DNA of 64,000 bases. Origin: Bigelowiella natans CCMP2755 (Eukaryota; Protista; Cercozoa). The stretch covers positions 1 to 64,000 of the forward strand of contig ADNK01000029.1 in the NCBI GenBank assembly GCA_000320545.1, read 5' to 3'. Position 1 is the first letter of the stretch. Every line of letters begins with the position of its first letter. Shown piece after piece: positions 26,849 through 40,857 of this stretch. The translations under genes were made by a program, and so were the position numbers. The notes beneath the pieces are model-generated. The model worked only from the letters and a program-made list of their open reading frames with translations. It ran no database searches and was not told where the DNA came from.

Positions 26849-29800
26849 TCAAACCTTCATTGGATTCCTAATGGCGCTTTCAATAACGAAGAAGTTGGCC
26901 TCATCGTCACTATCAATTTGCTTCAGGTTATCGTCATCGCCATCGTCGCTCAGGTAGGTCTCGCCCTCGAAACGGTTTGCTCTGCTACCAGGCCAATAAT
27001 CTGTTCGGCGTGTACTGCTCTCTCCAAACTGAGGGATCTGTTTTACTGTTGCTATGAAAACAATTTTCTCCTTTCCAGGGTTTTCGTCTCGAGAATACAC
27101 AATCATCGTGTGCGGCCTGTCCACCTAAGTATTTTCCCAAAATGGCACTAAATACGTTGATGCGAACTGATGAAGGACAATGCTTGTTTCAGTATGCGCG
27201 ATCATTGCTGGACCATGAACTGGCGTAAAAGGTGCTGCTCTCCGTCTTTGAGATCATCGTTTCCAGGTTTGTCGCCGCTTCTTTCCGCCTTTGTGGCTCC
27301 CATCTTCAACACTATCTAAAGAAGTAGTTGTGGAGAAGAATGTATGAATCATCGCCGAGCAATGTTCAAGAGCTACTACTACTCGCAGCAGCGTCGTTGT
27401 GCCCTTACTTTGTGGATCATATTATCCAAGGTGGAGGATGGCTCTATGGCCTTTTCCCATTCTATACCCCGTGAAGAAATACCTGTCGTATCACATCGAA
27501 AGTGGTGATGAGAGGGAGAGGATTATCCGCCGTCGCCGTCGTCGTCGCATGAAGAAGAGGAATCGAAGTGTTACCGAGCCGTTCCAGCATCGTGGACACA
27601 CTTCCGCTCCACTCAAGATTCATCTCGGGCATAACAATCTGCACAGAGGACGCATCATCGTGGACTTCACGACGTTTCGCATTTAATCTTTCTTTCCGCA
27701 TTGAACATTGAACATTTCACGCGTGATCTTGAATGTAGGCTAGAAGGCACTCGGATACCTACCTCCACGCGCCTTTGGATTCTTGATTCGGAAGAAATCT
27801 TCTCGACGAGTTCCGGCAGACTCTTGCTGCCTTTGAAAAGCTCATCCCACGTCGGAGCCTCGTAAAGACTCTTTCTGGAGAAGGCGAGGAGAAGCCTATT
27901 ACGCACACCAGCGGCCGCCGGCATGATCAGTTTCAGGTCAAAACAAGACATGGGGAGGTTTTCGTCCGCTTCTCCTTCTTCATCTCCTCCTTCCGTTTCT
28001 CCTTCTTCTTCTTCTTCTTCTTATCGCTCTTTTATGCGAGAGAAAGCTGTGTGTCAGCCACCTGATGCTGGGCTCGAGCATTTCGATATCCAAGGCCAGG
28101 AGGCTTTTTGTTTTTAGGAAACCCACGTCTTGGGGCTCCATTTTGAAGAATTCGCACGGGATCATGGAATCACGTTCCACTCGAAACTGGCCTTTAAATC
28201 TAGCAGCGTGTGTATCAGCAGAACAACGATGGGTTGATGGTGATTTGGCGAGGAAATCATCGTATCATCCATCGATCAGGCACAATAACGAACTCAGAAT
28301 TACTATCTCACTTTCGAGTCCATCGTGCTTTCAGACCACCCCCAAAGTAAAGTACTGTCAATGGAACGACGATCGGCGCACCAGCAGGTTGAGTAGAAAT
28401 TCCCTATGGTAAGTCAATAATGATGGAAAACAGTGATGATAGCTCCGATTAGCGATGTTGCGTTTTATCCAATTATTGACTTGCAGAGGGAGATTACTTC
28501 GTCCAACAGCCTTGTAACGCGCCGGCAAGTTTTTACCGAGCACCATTCATTTAGATATTGCCTTGTCTTTGCGTGCTAGTTATTGAGGAGATCTTCTTTC
28601 ATGACAAGTGGGTATGTTCGCAGTCCTCCTACTACTACAACTGCGGGGGCATTCGTACTACCGATTGAGGGGGGGAGCCATTTAGACAGCCTTCCTCTTC
28701 GAGAAACCCTAGAATCTGACATGAGTTATTCTAATGTGTATTTTCCACACCTCAGTGAAGTGGTGAAACCATAGACAGCCAGCCCCCCCACCTGGGCGTC
28801 CATGATATCTTCCATCGTCGTCTTCAAGCGCCGCATCATCCCCGCTGCGTCTTTCTCCGACCTCGAGCTGCTATTACCCGTGCGGCGGTGGGAGCAGTAC
28901 AGCGCGTTGGCAAGCTGCACATCCATACCTTTTGTGTGAATAAATGCATTGTTGGATGGCACGTTGTTGATCTGTTATCAAGAAGAGACAGCCGACTAAT
29001 ATAAACCTCCTTTAGCATCAGCTGGCTTTGCATGAGACGCCCTTCGCAGCTTACGGAGATCGACGTAACGGAGCGCTCTCGCAATTCCATGGCCGCTCTT
29101 GCATCGTTTGGACACTGCGAGCTTTAGCATGAGCATCGTCATATACACTGGGAATAATGAAGAGGGAGGAGAGGAGTCTCTCTTAGCTGCTACCACTATG
29201 GCTGGTAGTAGAGATGATAGTCTTTTAAAGATGTAACTATCACACTAAAGCACCTAATGCTGGACAAAACACGGCGTTGGAAGACCTCTTGATCTGCTCG
29301 AGCCTGCAAATTGGCAGAGAATCTAATCGTGGGGCTCGAATCAAGGGAACTCGATGCAAAGTAGCATCGTTTTCTCTGAATACCTTGCCTGGGCACTGAA
29401 CAGATCGCGTGTAAATGAGTTCCAATCATCGGTTTTCACGGAACCCATGATCTGAGCGATTTGATCTAACGCGCTAATGGCCTGATGTGGATTCTCGAGT
29501 CAATGCTTTCATCATCATCATCATCATCATCTTCTTCTTCTTCTTCATGTCAACATCGCGTGGAACATCGATTTTGTCTGTCTTGCGAACGAGGAGCTAG
29601 ACCTCATAGTCCCGTGTGATAAATCTGAAGTAGGATTCTGCATCATGGAAGAGAGTCCCCTTCTTCTTTATCCTCTGCAGACCTTTTCAACAAAGCCACA
29701 TGCTCCAGCTCATTTTGTAGTTTTTGGAGGACACACACGCACGCTGAATTAAACGTTGATCTTTTCGGTATACTTTGTAGCTTTTTCTGGTCGTACTGAG

Positions 29801-31029
29801 GTTTCAGAGCGTCGTCTGGTATAAAATTCACTTTCACCAACACGATAAGGTAGCATTATTGCGCACATTCCGGACCTGTGACCGTGGCAATCATGACAAG
29901 CGATTTAAATTGGAACTCTGCCTGTGTAGCAACAATTACTGGAACGAAGACAGAATTCGACGTAGTGGATGGAAGCTTTATATTTTCACGGTTTCTCTCA
30001 TTATTCTTATGTACCAATCTGAATTCAGGTGGCCTAGCAAGGTTGTTAGCAAGTATTCGGAGAATGTAGCTCTTGAAGGCTTGGCCCCTTACCTTTTCAC
30101 TGCCGTTGTTGAATTGGGTTATGTCTGTCGCAATAACCTTGATGATATCATCCTATTTGTACGGATTTGTATCATAATCTGGTGTATTACATCTTCACTC
30201 GAACCAGCATGAAGGATCTATGGGACTATATGACCTGAAAGGTTCTGCTTAACGAAGGGTACTGACTCCCAAGCATGCAATCTACTACAAGAGCAGCATC
30301 ATCTGGATGGATGTAGTCGATTTTTGAATCCTCTGGGAGCAAATCAAGGAATATGGTCTCCTATTTGATTAAAAGTCGTAGCAAATGTTAAAGGAGATAG
30401 GTTTAGTTGTAAGATTCCTAGGTGAGATTTTGGGATAGTTGACCAGAAGGTTGTAAATAAAGTCCTCAAATTCCTCGAAGCTGCGATAAGTGCGCAAAGA
30501 GACACAATCAAATGCCATCTATTGGATGACAAACGTTTATTGTTGATTTCTCGACCTGACTCTTCCGTCTTTGTAGGTATCCTATGCGGTAATTTACATA
30601 AGAACGGTGTATTGGTTATGTCTCATTTCATTCTGTTTACCAAAGACTTCCACAGATTCCTCTGAAAGCCTGAGTGATTTTTCAAGAAGGCTACCAAACA
30701 GAGATGTGTTACATAGAAATTGAAATTTGCTACATTTCGCATACACCTTTGATTTCTTCCAGCTCTGATCGTCCAGAGTCGTCGCGATCCGTCCATTGGA
30801 ATATGCGTCTAACGTTTCTCGCATCCAGGATACGTTGCTCAGATTCGTCTTTTAACAACTGCTTATTTCCGTTGCTGCCCAACATCAAAATCAAACTGCG
30901 AATAAATTATTACATCTATGATATCAGAACGTCAGGGAACAACCAAAACCATCTGAGCCCCTCACCGACGAGCCTTAGGATGGGCTAAGACCTGGTTCGA
31001 ACGTAACACGAAGAAGCAGCGGCACCCAT
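26849..31029 (-). CDS. Putative N-myristoylated EF-hand protein with a C-terminal divergent serpin-like domain (possibly two genes)
   Basis: The first exon MGAAASSCYVRT (ATG 31029) splices in frame to IFQWTDRDDSGRSELEEIK|AFLK...SL|DTYKDGRVS|FEEFEDF, giving two EF-hand loops. Exons at ~29300-27030 follow serpin motif order: FPVYMTMLML, DVQLANALY, YLNEWCS, LTVLYFGGGLKARW, LKLIMP, VQIVMPEMNLE...LERLGI, MIHK|IVLKM, DRPHTMIV...IVFIATV. The linker exons at 29450-30250 and the exact stop are unresolved. Confidence 0.6.
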
Positions 31030-31431
31030 TGGGTATCTGAGGAATTATGTTCAACGCCGACAAGATATTTTTCTTCCACACTGAAGATTACGTTATTATC
31101 AGCCTGTCGTTCCCTTGAATTACCCTTGTTATCGGGCTTGTCCGAAAGATGATGAAAACCTGCCTATTTTGGAGGTCTACGACAACGGTCGAACCCGATG
31201 GAGAGAAATAAACGCCCTGGGTTGATAAGTATCTGAGCCCCACAGTCCCCCCCTACGTAACTTGCTCTTTCAGGAGGCCGTCAGACCATCGCTGCGACAG
31301 ACGAGCCCTTATTTCAAATTCTGGTGCGTAAGATTGAAAGAGAACGACACATCGCCAGCCTTATAATCCAGAATGAGAGAGAAATGCGTGTACTCACAGA
31401 TTATTCGTCGAGTGCCATATCTTCCACAAGC

Positions 31432-32630
31432 ATGCAAGCTTTTGCACGGTGGTGCACATCCTCCACTGCTGCCCCGTCCTCGATGAGGCTCTCCTCCGTA
31501 ATGAAATTTATCGGGGGCACAAATTCGAGGAGAAATTCCCTGCAACGGTCCAGGAAGTTTCAGACGAATTCGTACGGCGAGCAGAGCCCCGAGCTTGCCT
31601 ATGTCAATCGAGGTGATGATGTTTTTGCGCAGCCACTACGGTAACACATGGATCGTTCGATCGACACAATGCCCTTATCATGGCGCAGGTCCAAGATATG
31701 GAAGTGGACCCTGTACGTTTTTCCGGCTCCCATTCGTTCCACCAGATCAGATAGAAAGGTGGCCAAAACGTGTATATATGCACTGTTCTTCGTCGCACGC
31801 ACGGCCTTGATGGGCGGGTAGTGGGTGGGAGGGTAGGTGTCCGTACAGTCATTCTCGTGATGTTTTAAACTTAGGGATGGATTCAAAGGCATTGATGTGG
31901 CTCTCGTTGGAGTACCGTACGATGGAGGAACCACCAACCGCCCAGGCATGTGTTATCGTTTATTTCATAGGAGAGCGACGATCGTTACCCGCTACATGTG
32001 CTTGGATTTTTACAAATTTGCACCGATGCAGAAATCTCGCTTTCCCTTCTCCCCCCCCCCGGTTTGCCGCCCTCTTTGTTGCTTGTAATTTTTGACAAGA
32101 TGGCCACCACTGCTGATTCGCAGTCTTCTACGACGTATGATACTGTACGATGATACTCCAGGTGCTCGATACGGCCCTAAAGGAGTAAGAGAGGCCAGCT
32201 CCGATCACTTGAGAGCGGTGAGTGTAACATGAACCCATGGCACACGTTCTATTTGAAGATGTGGTGGAGGCGACAGACAGAAGACCCCCCCTCCTATACC
32301 ACCTGAATTCAAATCGAACACAGCAAAAGTGCTGCTTCCAATGCATCGAAATCATTATCATAATCATCTTCTTCTTCTTCCTTTTCTTCTACAATTGGTC
32401 TCTCCTTCGTATTGCCATAACGGTACGTTATAAGGTGAACCAAGCGACAGGGGTCTCGCCTCTAGAGCTCGGATTATGCATTCGTGACGTCGGGGATTTT
32501 AATGTGAGCGCACCATGGTCCCTTGAGGTAGTAGTAGTAGTAGTAATAGTAGTAGTAATAGAGAAGTAGTTACTTTCTCCCGCCTACGTGCCTCCCTATC
32601 GGTATGATATTATACATATATATATTTATA

Positions 32631-32673
<43 letters not shown>

Positions 32674-34778
32674 GTATATTGCTTAATGTCGCGCCACAAT
32701 GTGGCCGCAGTCTCTTCTCTTCCCGCGTTAGTGTCTTGGTGTGTCGTTAAATGTACGTGCAATACGCTGAATCATCCATCCCCAAACTCTCACCAGAGCA
32801 GCCATGATGAGATCGAGAAAAAGTTCGCTAATATGCTTTCGCATGGCGCAATAACACCGCTGTCGGTGGGCGGCGACCATTCAATCACCTTGCCGATTCT
32901 TCGGGCGTTACGAAAGAAAGTTGAAGAGTATGGAGACAACAACTGAAGACACGTAGAGGAGAAGGGAGTGGGGGGGGGGGGGGAGGGAGAAGAGTGGGGC
33001 GTGAAAAAGAAGTCTTCATCGTACTGTCTAATCCAACTTCACTACCATTTAAAATCCCCATCTTGATAAAAACAAGGCCTCTTGCTCTCATTCACATTGA
33101 CGCACATGCTGACACTGGAGATGCGTATCTAGGCTCCCGATTTCATCATGGTACTACTACCTGCCAGTTCTGCTGGAAGCTTTTCCTCTCTTCCATCATG
33201 TGGATGTGGAGGGAGGTTGTTCGTGTCCTTTTTCAGTGTTTTTAGATACCGTAAGACTCTTCCCAGAGCCTGATTCTTCAGGATAAATCGTCATCACCAT
33301 TATCCTCATTATCGTCATCACCAATCAACCAATCAGTATCCTAATCAATCATAATTATCTGCACAATCTATCATCGATCTACTCCCAGGTGCACCGTTCA
33401 AAGTAGCTACAGACGAAGGACTTATCGACCCGAAACGTGCGAATCCACCACCATCATCACCACCAGCAATGATGCAACTCACGCAAGCACACACACACAC
33501 ACACACGCACGCACGCACACACACACGCACATACACACGCATGCAGATACGCATACACATACTGCACACACAAATGATGACGTTTATTGACTACTGCTAT
33601 TCAGGAACGATCCAAATCGGCATTCGCGGGTCCTTGGCACATCCAGAACAGGTTTCGTAGCCATAGTTTGATATGTAGGATGACGATTCTGCTACTGCAG
33701 CATGACTATGATGATGCCAACGATAGTGATGATGAAGAGGATAATAATCACGTTTGCCTGCCCTTCTTCATCTTCTCCTCCTCTCTGATCCACCACTTGT
33801 CATCGTGATAACTTGTGGTTCTTGCTGCAACCCCAGTGGCAGTTCTCCAAGGATAGCGGAATGAAGGTTATTTCTATGGAAGAGGTAGGTTGAAGTCACC
33901 AACCATTTGAAAGAACCAGCAGCTCATAAGCTTTCCCCCTCGCGTCCAATTGCGAACGTGGAGCATTGGGAAGAAGATTTTAGGGTCATTGGTAGCGATG
34001 GCTGGCGTTGATGGTGTCTTTGCTGCTGCTTGCACACACGCACATTGCATTCTCACGCATCACGTCCTTCATCACCTTAACCTCAAAGCCATTGCTATTC
34101 CGCGCAGGTTGAAACTATTGGAGTAAAAGGGGTGTTGGCTGAGATCAAAGGCCTTCTGGGGGGGGGTAAGACGGGCAGCGGGAAGGTGTACATATCGTTC
34201 GATATAGATGCGCTAGACCCAGCTTTCGCACCAGGAACCGGTAAAGAGAGAAAGGGAAAAGAGGGAGAGAGAGAAAGATCTCGCTATTCTTGTCTTGTTT
34301 CTGTTCTACCCATTGATGAAAGTAACAGCACTCCTGAATGGAGGGCGTCACCTTATATCGTACCGTACACAACTGAGAGGGAGAGAAAGTGAATCTAACG
34401 CGCGTCTAAATAAATGCAGGAACCCCCGAAATTGGTGGTTTCACCAGCAGAGAAGCGCAGGCCCTTTTGCGTGGAATTGGGAAGCTGGACCTCAATATAG
34501 CGGGAGCCGATGTAGTCGAGGTCGTACATGCATCCATGATGGTTTGTTGTCATTCACGCAATCCCCGCATTACTACTACTACTACTACTACGTGGAAATT
34601 GTTAGTTGTAGTAATAAATCCGGCATTCTTCTTCGTGGTACGCGGTGCACGATGTGTGCTTTATATACAGGTCTCGCCACCCTTTGATGCTGGAGGTGTC
34701 ACCTCGTTGGCAGGCGCAAACGTGATGCACGAGCTGCTGTGCCTGGTCGCAGAATCTGCAAATCGGAGAGAGGAATAG
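31432..34778 (+). CDS. AGMAT: Agmatinase / guanidino-acid ureohydrolase (arginase superfamily), probably mitochondrial
   Basis: Exons give [31 protein letters not shown]|[34 protein letters not shown]|[28 protein letters not shown]|TPEIGG and GADVVE|VSPPFD, with a stop at 34778. All Mn ligands are present. An alternative upstream ATG lies at 31384. Substrate (agmatine versus guanidinobutyrate/propionate) cannot be fixed from motifs. Confidence 0.93.
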
Positions 34779-35933
34779 AGACATATGCCAAGATAATACG
34801 CGTGTGTACCAGACGCAGCGTGTCTGTGTGATATCTGAACGTGCGTGTAGTTATCAGCGACGAGAACTCCGGGAAACCAGTCGTACTACGTGCACGCACT
34901 ATCGCATTGGTGACTTGTAGGACGATGTCATTTTGGCGTCGCTTGATGCACACAATTCCGTGCGATCGGCAAGGCTAGAAGGACGCAAGCGCCATAAAAG
35001 CTATAGACGCTCTTGACGCATGCTAAAACACACACGTTGTATGACAAGCTTACTACATATTACACCTGTCTCGTATGCTATTATGCAATTTAAGCGCTGC
35101 AGCCGCAGTTTTGCATAGCTGCATTGGGATGAAAATTGGAAAGCTTTAACAAGTTAATTACGATACATCCGGCTCACACGGCTAACTAAATATATTACAT
35201 GCTAACATGTACAGTCTGGCTGGTGCATACTAGCATATATTGTCATGTCGGCCTTCCTGTAGCTATCGGCTATGATCCAGGCTAGCTAGCTAGCAGGCCC
35301 AGTTAGCTATCCCGCCTGCAGCATTTTAACGAAACATCTAAAACATGCACATTAGTAACCATCTGCCCTAACAAATATCTGTCTGGATAATTCTAGAATT
35401 GTGCGACTTGCGTGCATATGTGGGATGGGTGTAACGAACTATTTACGCTTTTGCATTGTCATCCGAATGTAGCTATGTAATATGTGCATGTGCTGTATGT
35501 TTGTGTGCCTCTAGTACTTGCTAGTATGCTGCAGCAGCAAGGTATATTGTTGTACAGCAAAGGTATCGCATGGGGACTACGAGCATACATCTACACATAG
35601 CATCAGCGCAGCCCGCCCTGTCGTATGCGCATCTTTTAAGTTATCTTAAGCCATTCTATAGTGGAAGCTGTCTCAAGCGGAAACCGCGCAAGCTAAATGA
35701 TAGCTCTTAGCTTGATCAGCATGTAATTTTTACCAAGAAAAGGTATGGATACTCAGCCTGTCCAATTGTCTTCTGGATAGGTCCAAAGCCAACAAGTTAG
35801 AGAGCTGGGTCTTGTAATTGGTGCAGTATAACCAATATATTACCGGAAGATTGACTAAAAATAACGTTCTTACTGAGTAAGGCCATAAGGTACAGTCCCT
35901 GTTCCTTCTTTCCCCTCAGCAGTTGCTGCATTG

Positions 35934-36987
35934 TTATTCGCTGGCAGCTTGCTCTTTGACCTTAGCAGCCTGCATGACGATTGGAGCCCAAAACAGCTGT
36001 GCGTGCGGGTTCATCTTCACTTCACCGTCCAGAGCATCAGCATCGAAGTCCATGAGAGCGTCTAGGCCCTCCTTGTCTTCCCCTGTTTTGAGCTCATTTC
36101 GTCCTGGCAGAAAATCGGACTCGGGACAAAATCTCTTGAACGCAGTTTCAGCCTGCTCCACAACTCCTTCAAAGTTACCCCCATAAGCTGCGTCAGGACG
36201 ACGAACGATGAGCATCGAAGAGGGCCCAGAGCGCAAGCAGGGTGGAGGGACCAGCAGCCGCGGAATATGAGAAAAACAGAAGCAGTGAGAAACTGTCACA
36301 CGCAATACATGCGGACAAAACGATTTACAAAAGAACTAACACGCAAGCACACACTTTACTACCACGCTTGAATACTACAACAACAACTACTACTACTACT
36401 ACTACTACTTCTATTTATCCCCTTGTGCAACAACAATGATAATAATAATAACAACAATAACAATAATAATTCGTGTACCAAGGTCCTCTGCGATGATGAC
36501 ATTCTCTACAGGAGGCAGAAGCAGGTTTCCTTCTCCTTGCGAAGGAGGGGGAGGGGATGGTGGCCCTCTGACGTGCTGCTTATAATACGCGCTGCCTAGT
36601 AGCATGGGGTGTGGGTCTTTTTCATCCACGAGATCAGGGTTCTTCGCCGTGCGCACAAGGCATGAAACAACAGGCTCTGAGATGGACAATTTCAATAGTA
36701 AGGAAGGAGTCACCGTAATGCCTTCGCTTTCCCCATGTATATGTGAAAAAATGACGAAAATAACATCGCAGCTCATCACGATATTTATTGTCTAATTATC
36801 TCTCTGCGGTCTACGTGTCATTCCTCATTACTACCTAGATCCTTCCGCGCATTCCCAGAGCCTAGGCGGGAGGGTAGTAGGGGAGCATATGAGGTGGTGA
36901 GGATTGTGTGTTTCTTTTGAATACAGATAATAACAAGAAACGAGTGTGAGCAGTCGAGAGCATGGAGACATAATCACATCGCATATA

Positions 36988-37018
<31 letters not shown>

Positions 37019-37241
37019 ATTCATATCTTCTTTGTGGGCTACACTAATGACTCTCGGTCGCTCGAAACCACCATTGCAGCTGAGATATACGATAAAGCAG
37101 CCCTGTGGACATGCATAGGAGACATGATCCAATTGCATCATCCGAACTGGCCAAGGATTGCCGTTCAGTGTACCCGGTGGGGCAACTGCAATGCACATCT
37201 TGTGTCCTGCTGAAGGATAAATATATATATATATATAAACA

Positions 37242-37274
<33 letters not shown>

Positions 37275-38301
37275 AGTCATCAATATAAGTTAGAATCATT
37301 GCCCTCCTCCTCCTATATCATTCATATCTCACCTGCAGTCTTGGCCGTAGGATTAGCAAGAGTAGTGCCACTGAGAGGCCCGTCAGTGATCAACACGCAC
37401 CGAGAAATCGTCGTTGTTGTCGTTGTTTGAGCTGGAGTAGCTTGTTTATCAGAGAGCAAAGAAGGCGGTAACGAGCCACGACTCCCAACTGCGGGTGATT
37501 GTTAATGGAGAGTTAAAAGAAAGAGAGACAGAGGGGGGGGGGGGGAGAGAGGAGAAGACACAGGAAGAATGGATCGACGCACGCTGCAGAGCATAGCGAT
37601 CCTCACAGTACACGCAGGTTCATACAGGTTGAGAGTTGTGTCGGTTCCTCCCACTCCTCCTCCGACTGAGGTGGTGGGTGGTGGTGTCGTGGATCATCAT
37701 CCGTGCTTTGCTATTATACACTATCGCTTCCCCTTACTGAGAATGTCTGCCGAGATGTACTGGTTGCTTGGAGTGATGATGCCTCTGAAGTGCTTCTTCC
37801 TCACTCTCTTCTCCTTAGCAGCCTGTTTTGCAGGAGCAGCTGCTCCCGGTAGTACTGTTGTAGGGTTCTTCTTTCCCTCCCCCCCCCTCTCCTGCTCCTC
37901 ACCATCATCATTTTCCAACACTAACACGGTAGGTTTGAATCGCAACAGGTAGATCCCGCCGTGTACAGCACATAATCTCGTGAACGCCTACAGAGGAGAA
38001 GGAGGAGGAGGAGGGGGACGATGGATATTCGAAGGAGGAGGAGGGGGAGGAGAGAGAGAAGAGGAGGAGAGATGTCAAACATTGCCGGCCCCTTACTTCC
38101 CATGCTATTGCTCTGCAATGAAGACTACTACTACTACAACAACGACGACGACTACTACTGCTACCACTATTACTGGAGACTGCTACTATGTGTATCTGTA
38201 TATTGCCTCTCTGCTAATGGAAATGAATCTACCTGAGGAACCTCGCCGGTGCCATACGAGGGGTATAGGTACGCTCCTAGAGAGGGAGAGAAAACGTGTG
38301 A

Positions 38302-38347
<46 letters not shown>

Positions 38348-40815
38348 CTTGCTTTTCAAACATGCCACTGCGGGACAGCACAGGAGGTGAAAGAAACACA
38401 GCAACTAATTTCATTCGCTATCTCTCCACGGTGATGTTGCGTTACTACTTCCGAGCACTGAACAAGCAATCACACGCGCATGCACGTACGCACACAAAAA
38501 GTGGTAGACAGCGCCTACTACCCGGCCCATATCTGCCCAGAGAAGAGAGCAGCAGCTTCAGCCGCGTTATCGCCGTGCGAGTGAGGAGGAGACTACTTTC
38601 TGTTGTTGATACGAGAAAGGAGAACATATTTTCATCAAATAACCGCGTTTCTATCGTATAGAAGAAGATGAAGAAGAGGAAAAAGGGATAATATCTTCAC
38701 TGGAAATCGATGGATAAAGGGATTGTTGCTATATTTTACGGAGTGAACATATTATATTAATATATTATATAACATCTGCCAGGCGCATAATATTTATGTG
38801 TGCAAGCATGCAACCCATTTAGTGTCGTTATAACTGTTAATCACGTAAAGGAGGAATGAGTGCAATGGTTACTACTGGATCGGTTAGTTCGCTGCTCGAA
38901 TTGCTCTTTGTCAGCTCCAACGAGCGAGTACATAATCATGGACTGAAGTCGGTGCGGCGCCTTACAGAACCATATTAGCACAAACAACCGAAGTCCGATT
39001 ATCATACCAAAGCAAACGAAACATGCACCATCATCGTCTCCATATCATCATCGTCATCGCTGCCGACGTCATCCAGCACCGTATCACTTCATTTTGACAA
39101 TCGTATCGTTATCGTCACAAACCATCAGCAATGTATCAGTGCGAATGTTGTTTCGCGCCAAAATAGATTGCAGAGGCGCGCTCGAGCTTACTTTGACGGC
39201 GGTTAGATAGTCTTTGAATGGCTTGTCCATGTGTTGCTCTAGAACACTCGCCGTCTCTTTCCTCTTCTACTTCAACGAGAAGAAGAATAAGGAACAAACA
39301 ATCAGAAGACAACTTTGTGAATCTTGATGTTTTGGCAGCACTACTATTACTACTACTACTACTTCTACTACTACAACAACTACCACTGAGCACATACTGA
39401 AGAATACAGTGATGCTTTAACTCACTGTGACTCATCCGTTTTTTTGGGCAGAAGACATGAAAAAGAGAGAATATAAAGTTCCCATTGGAAACCTGCTCAC
39501 TGGTAGCTCGCTCTTTCCCCTGAATTGCCTGCATTAGTCTCATCAAGACCCTTTTGTCGGAGAGAGATAACGAGGGATCTTTGAACACGATCGATCTTGA
39601 GACGGGCACCGTCCACATCGAGTAGCACTTGGAAGTCGGCGAAGATGATGTGGTGGTAGTTTTGCTATCCTTTCTCCTCGCCGATGATGATGATGATGAT
39701 GATACTGTGAACATCGATGGTATGCCTCGAAACTCTAAATACCTCCCTACCTGTTATCATTAAGGTAATGGTGGTGTGGGAGGATAGTAGCTGTTTGTCG
39801 TATGTCATTCAGGTGACACTTGCAAAGGTGTACGACATCTTTGCAGCACACACGCGTACATGTCATTCTATTCATCCTAACTGCAACGAAGAAGTGTGAG
39901 GGAGCTGCTAGGGTTGCGGAAGATGGGGATTTTGATCTAGATATTTGGTACGTACGTCCATGCGAATGAGAAGATCAACGAGGGAACCTCGAGACAGCAT
40001 CAACCTTTGGTCGGAGAAAATAAAACAAGTAGGAGAAGAAGAGGACACGCACAATTCGTTTACGAAAGTAAATGGAAAACAATAACAACGACAAGTAGTA
40101 AATTAAATGTAATGCTGAGAAGGTCATTCTAAACTTCTTTGTTGCAAACAAATTCATGAATGGAAACGAATATAATCTCTCCCCACACCCCCTCCCCCTC
40201 CTTATATTGGGAAAGATGATGTACTGAATTGAGTGCCCACACACCTTGGGTCCAAATCTATGCAAAAGCGATGTTTCTTCTTTTTGAAAGCATTTCTTGC
40301 AGCTTCCGTCGGGAGTGGAGACGTTTTAACATCAGACTCTTCAGACGTTTGGGCATCATCACGATTCTTACTACCATCCGCCGTGTTCGGATTCATCGTT
40401 GGAGAAGAATCTCCTACGGCTGGTACAACGTTGTCGGCCTTACCTGCAGACTGTGTTTGCGGTATCGTTTCCTCCGAAACATGTTTCTTCTTGGTGTCGC
40501 CTTGGTCGCTACTGCTATTCTTCTTCTTCTTCACTTTGCTTTCGACGCTTAAGTATTCTTCCTCCAAGAAGCATTCTCCTTCAAAACAGGACCTCGATAG
40601 CCCTAGAGCGACGAACTTTACAGTGTTTCCTCCATTTGGAATCTTAGCGTACTGCTTCACTTTCGCAGCGTTCTCCGCAGGGAATGAATTTTTGGTGGTT
40701 GAAGGATCAGATGAATCATTTTCAGCAGTCGCCGCTCTAGCTGCCTCGGCTTCTTTGCTCGTCCAAGTTGCAGCATAAACAGCATAAGATGCATTGCTTC
40801 CGTCAGTGCGATATC

Positions 40816-40857
<42 letters not shown>

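Noticed and set aside
6275-34778. Bacterial HGT island or operon (RlmN, agmatinase)
   Set aside because: Both genes are heavily spliced, carry organellar-type leaders and are separated by unrelated eukaryotic genes.
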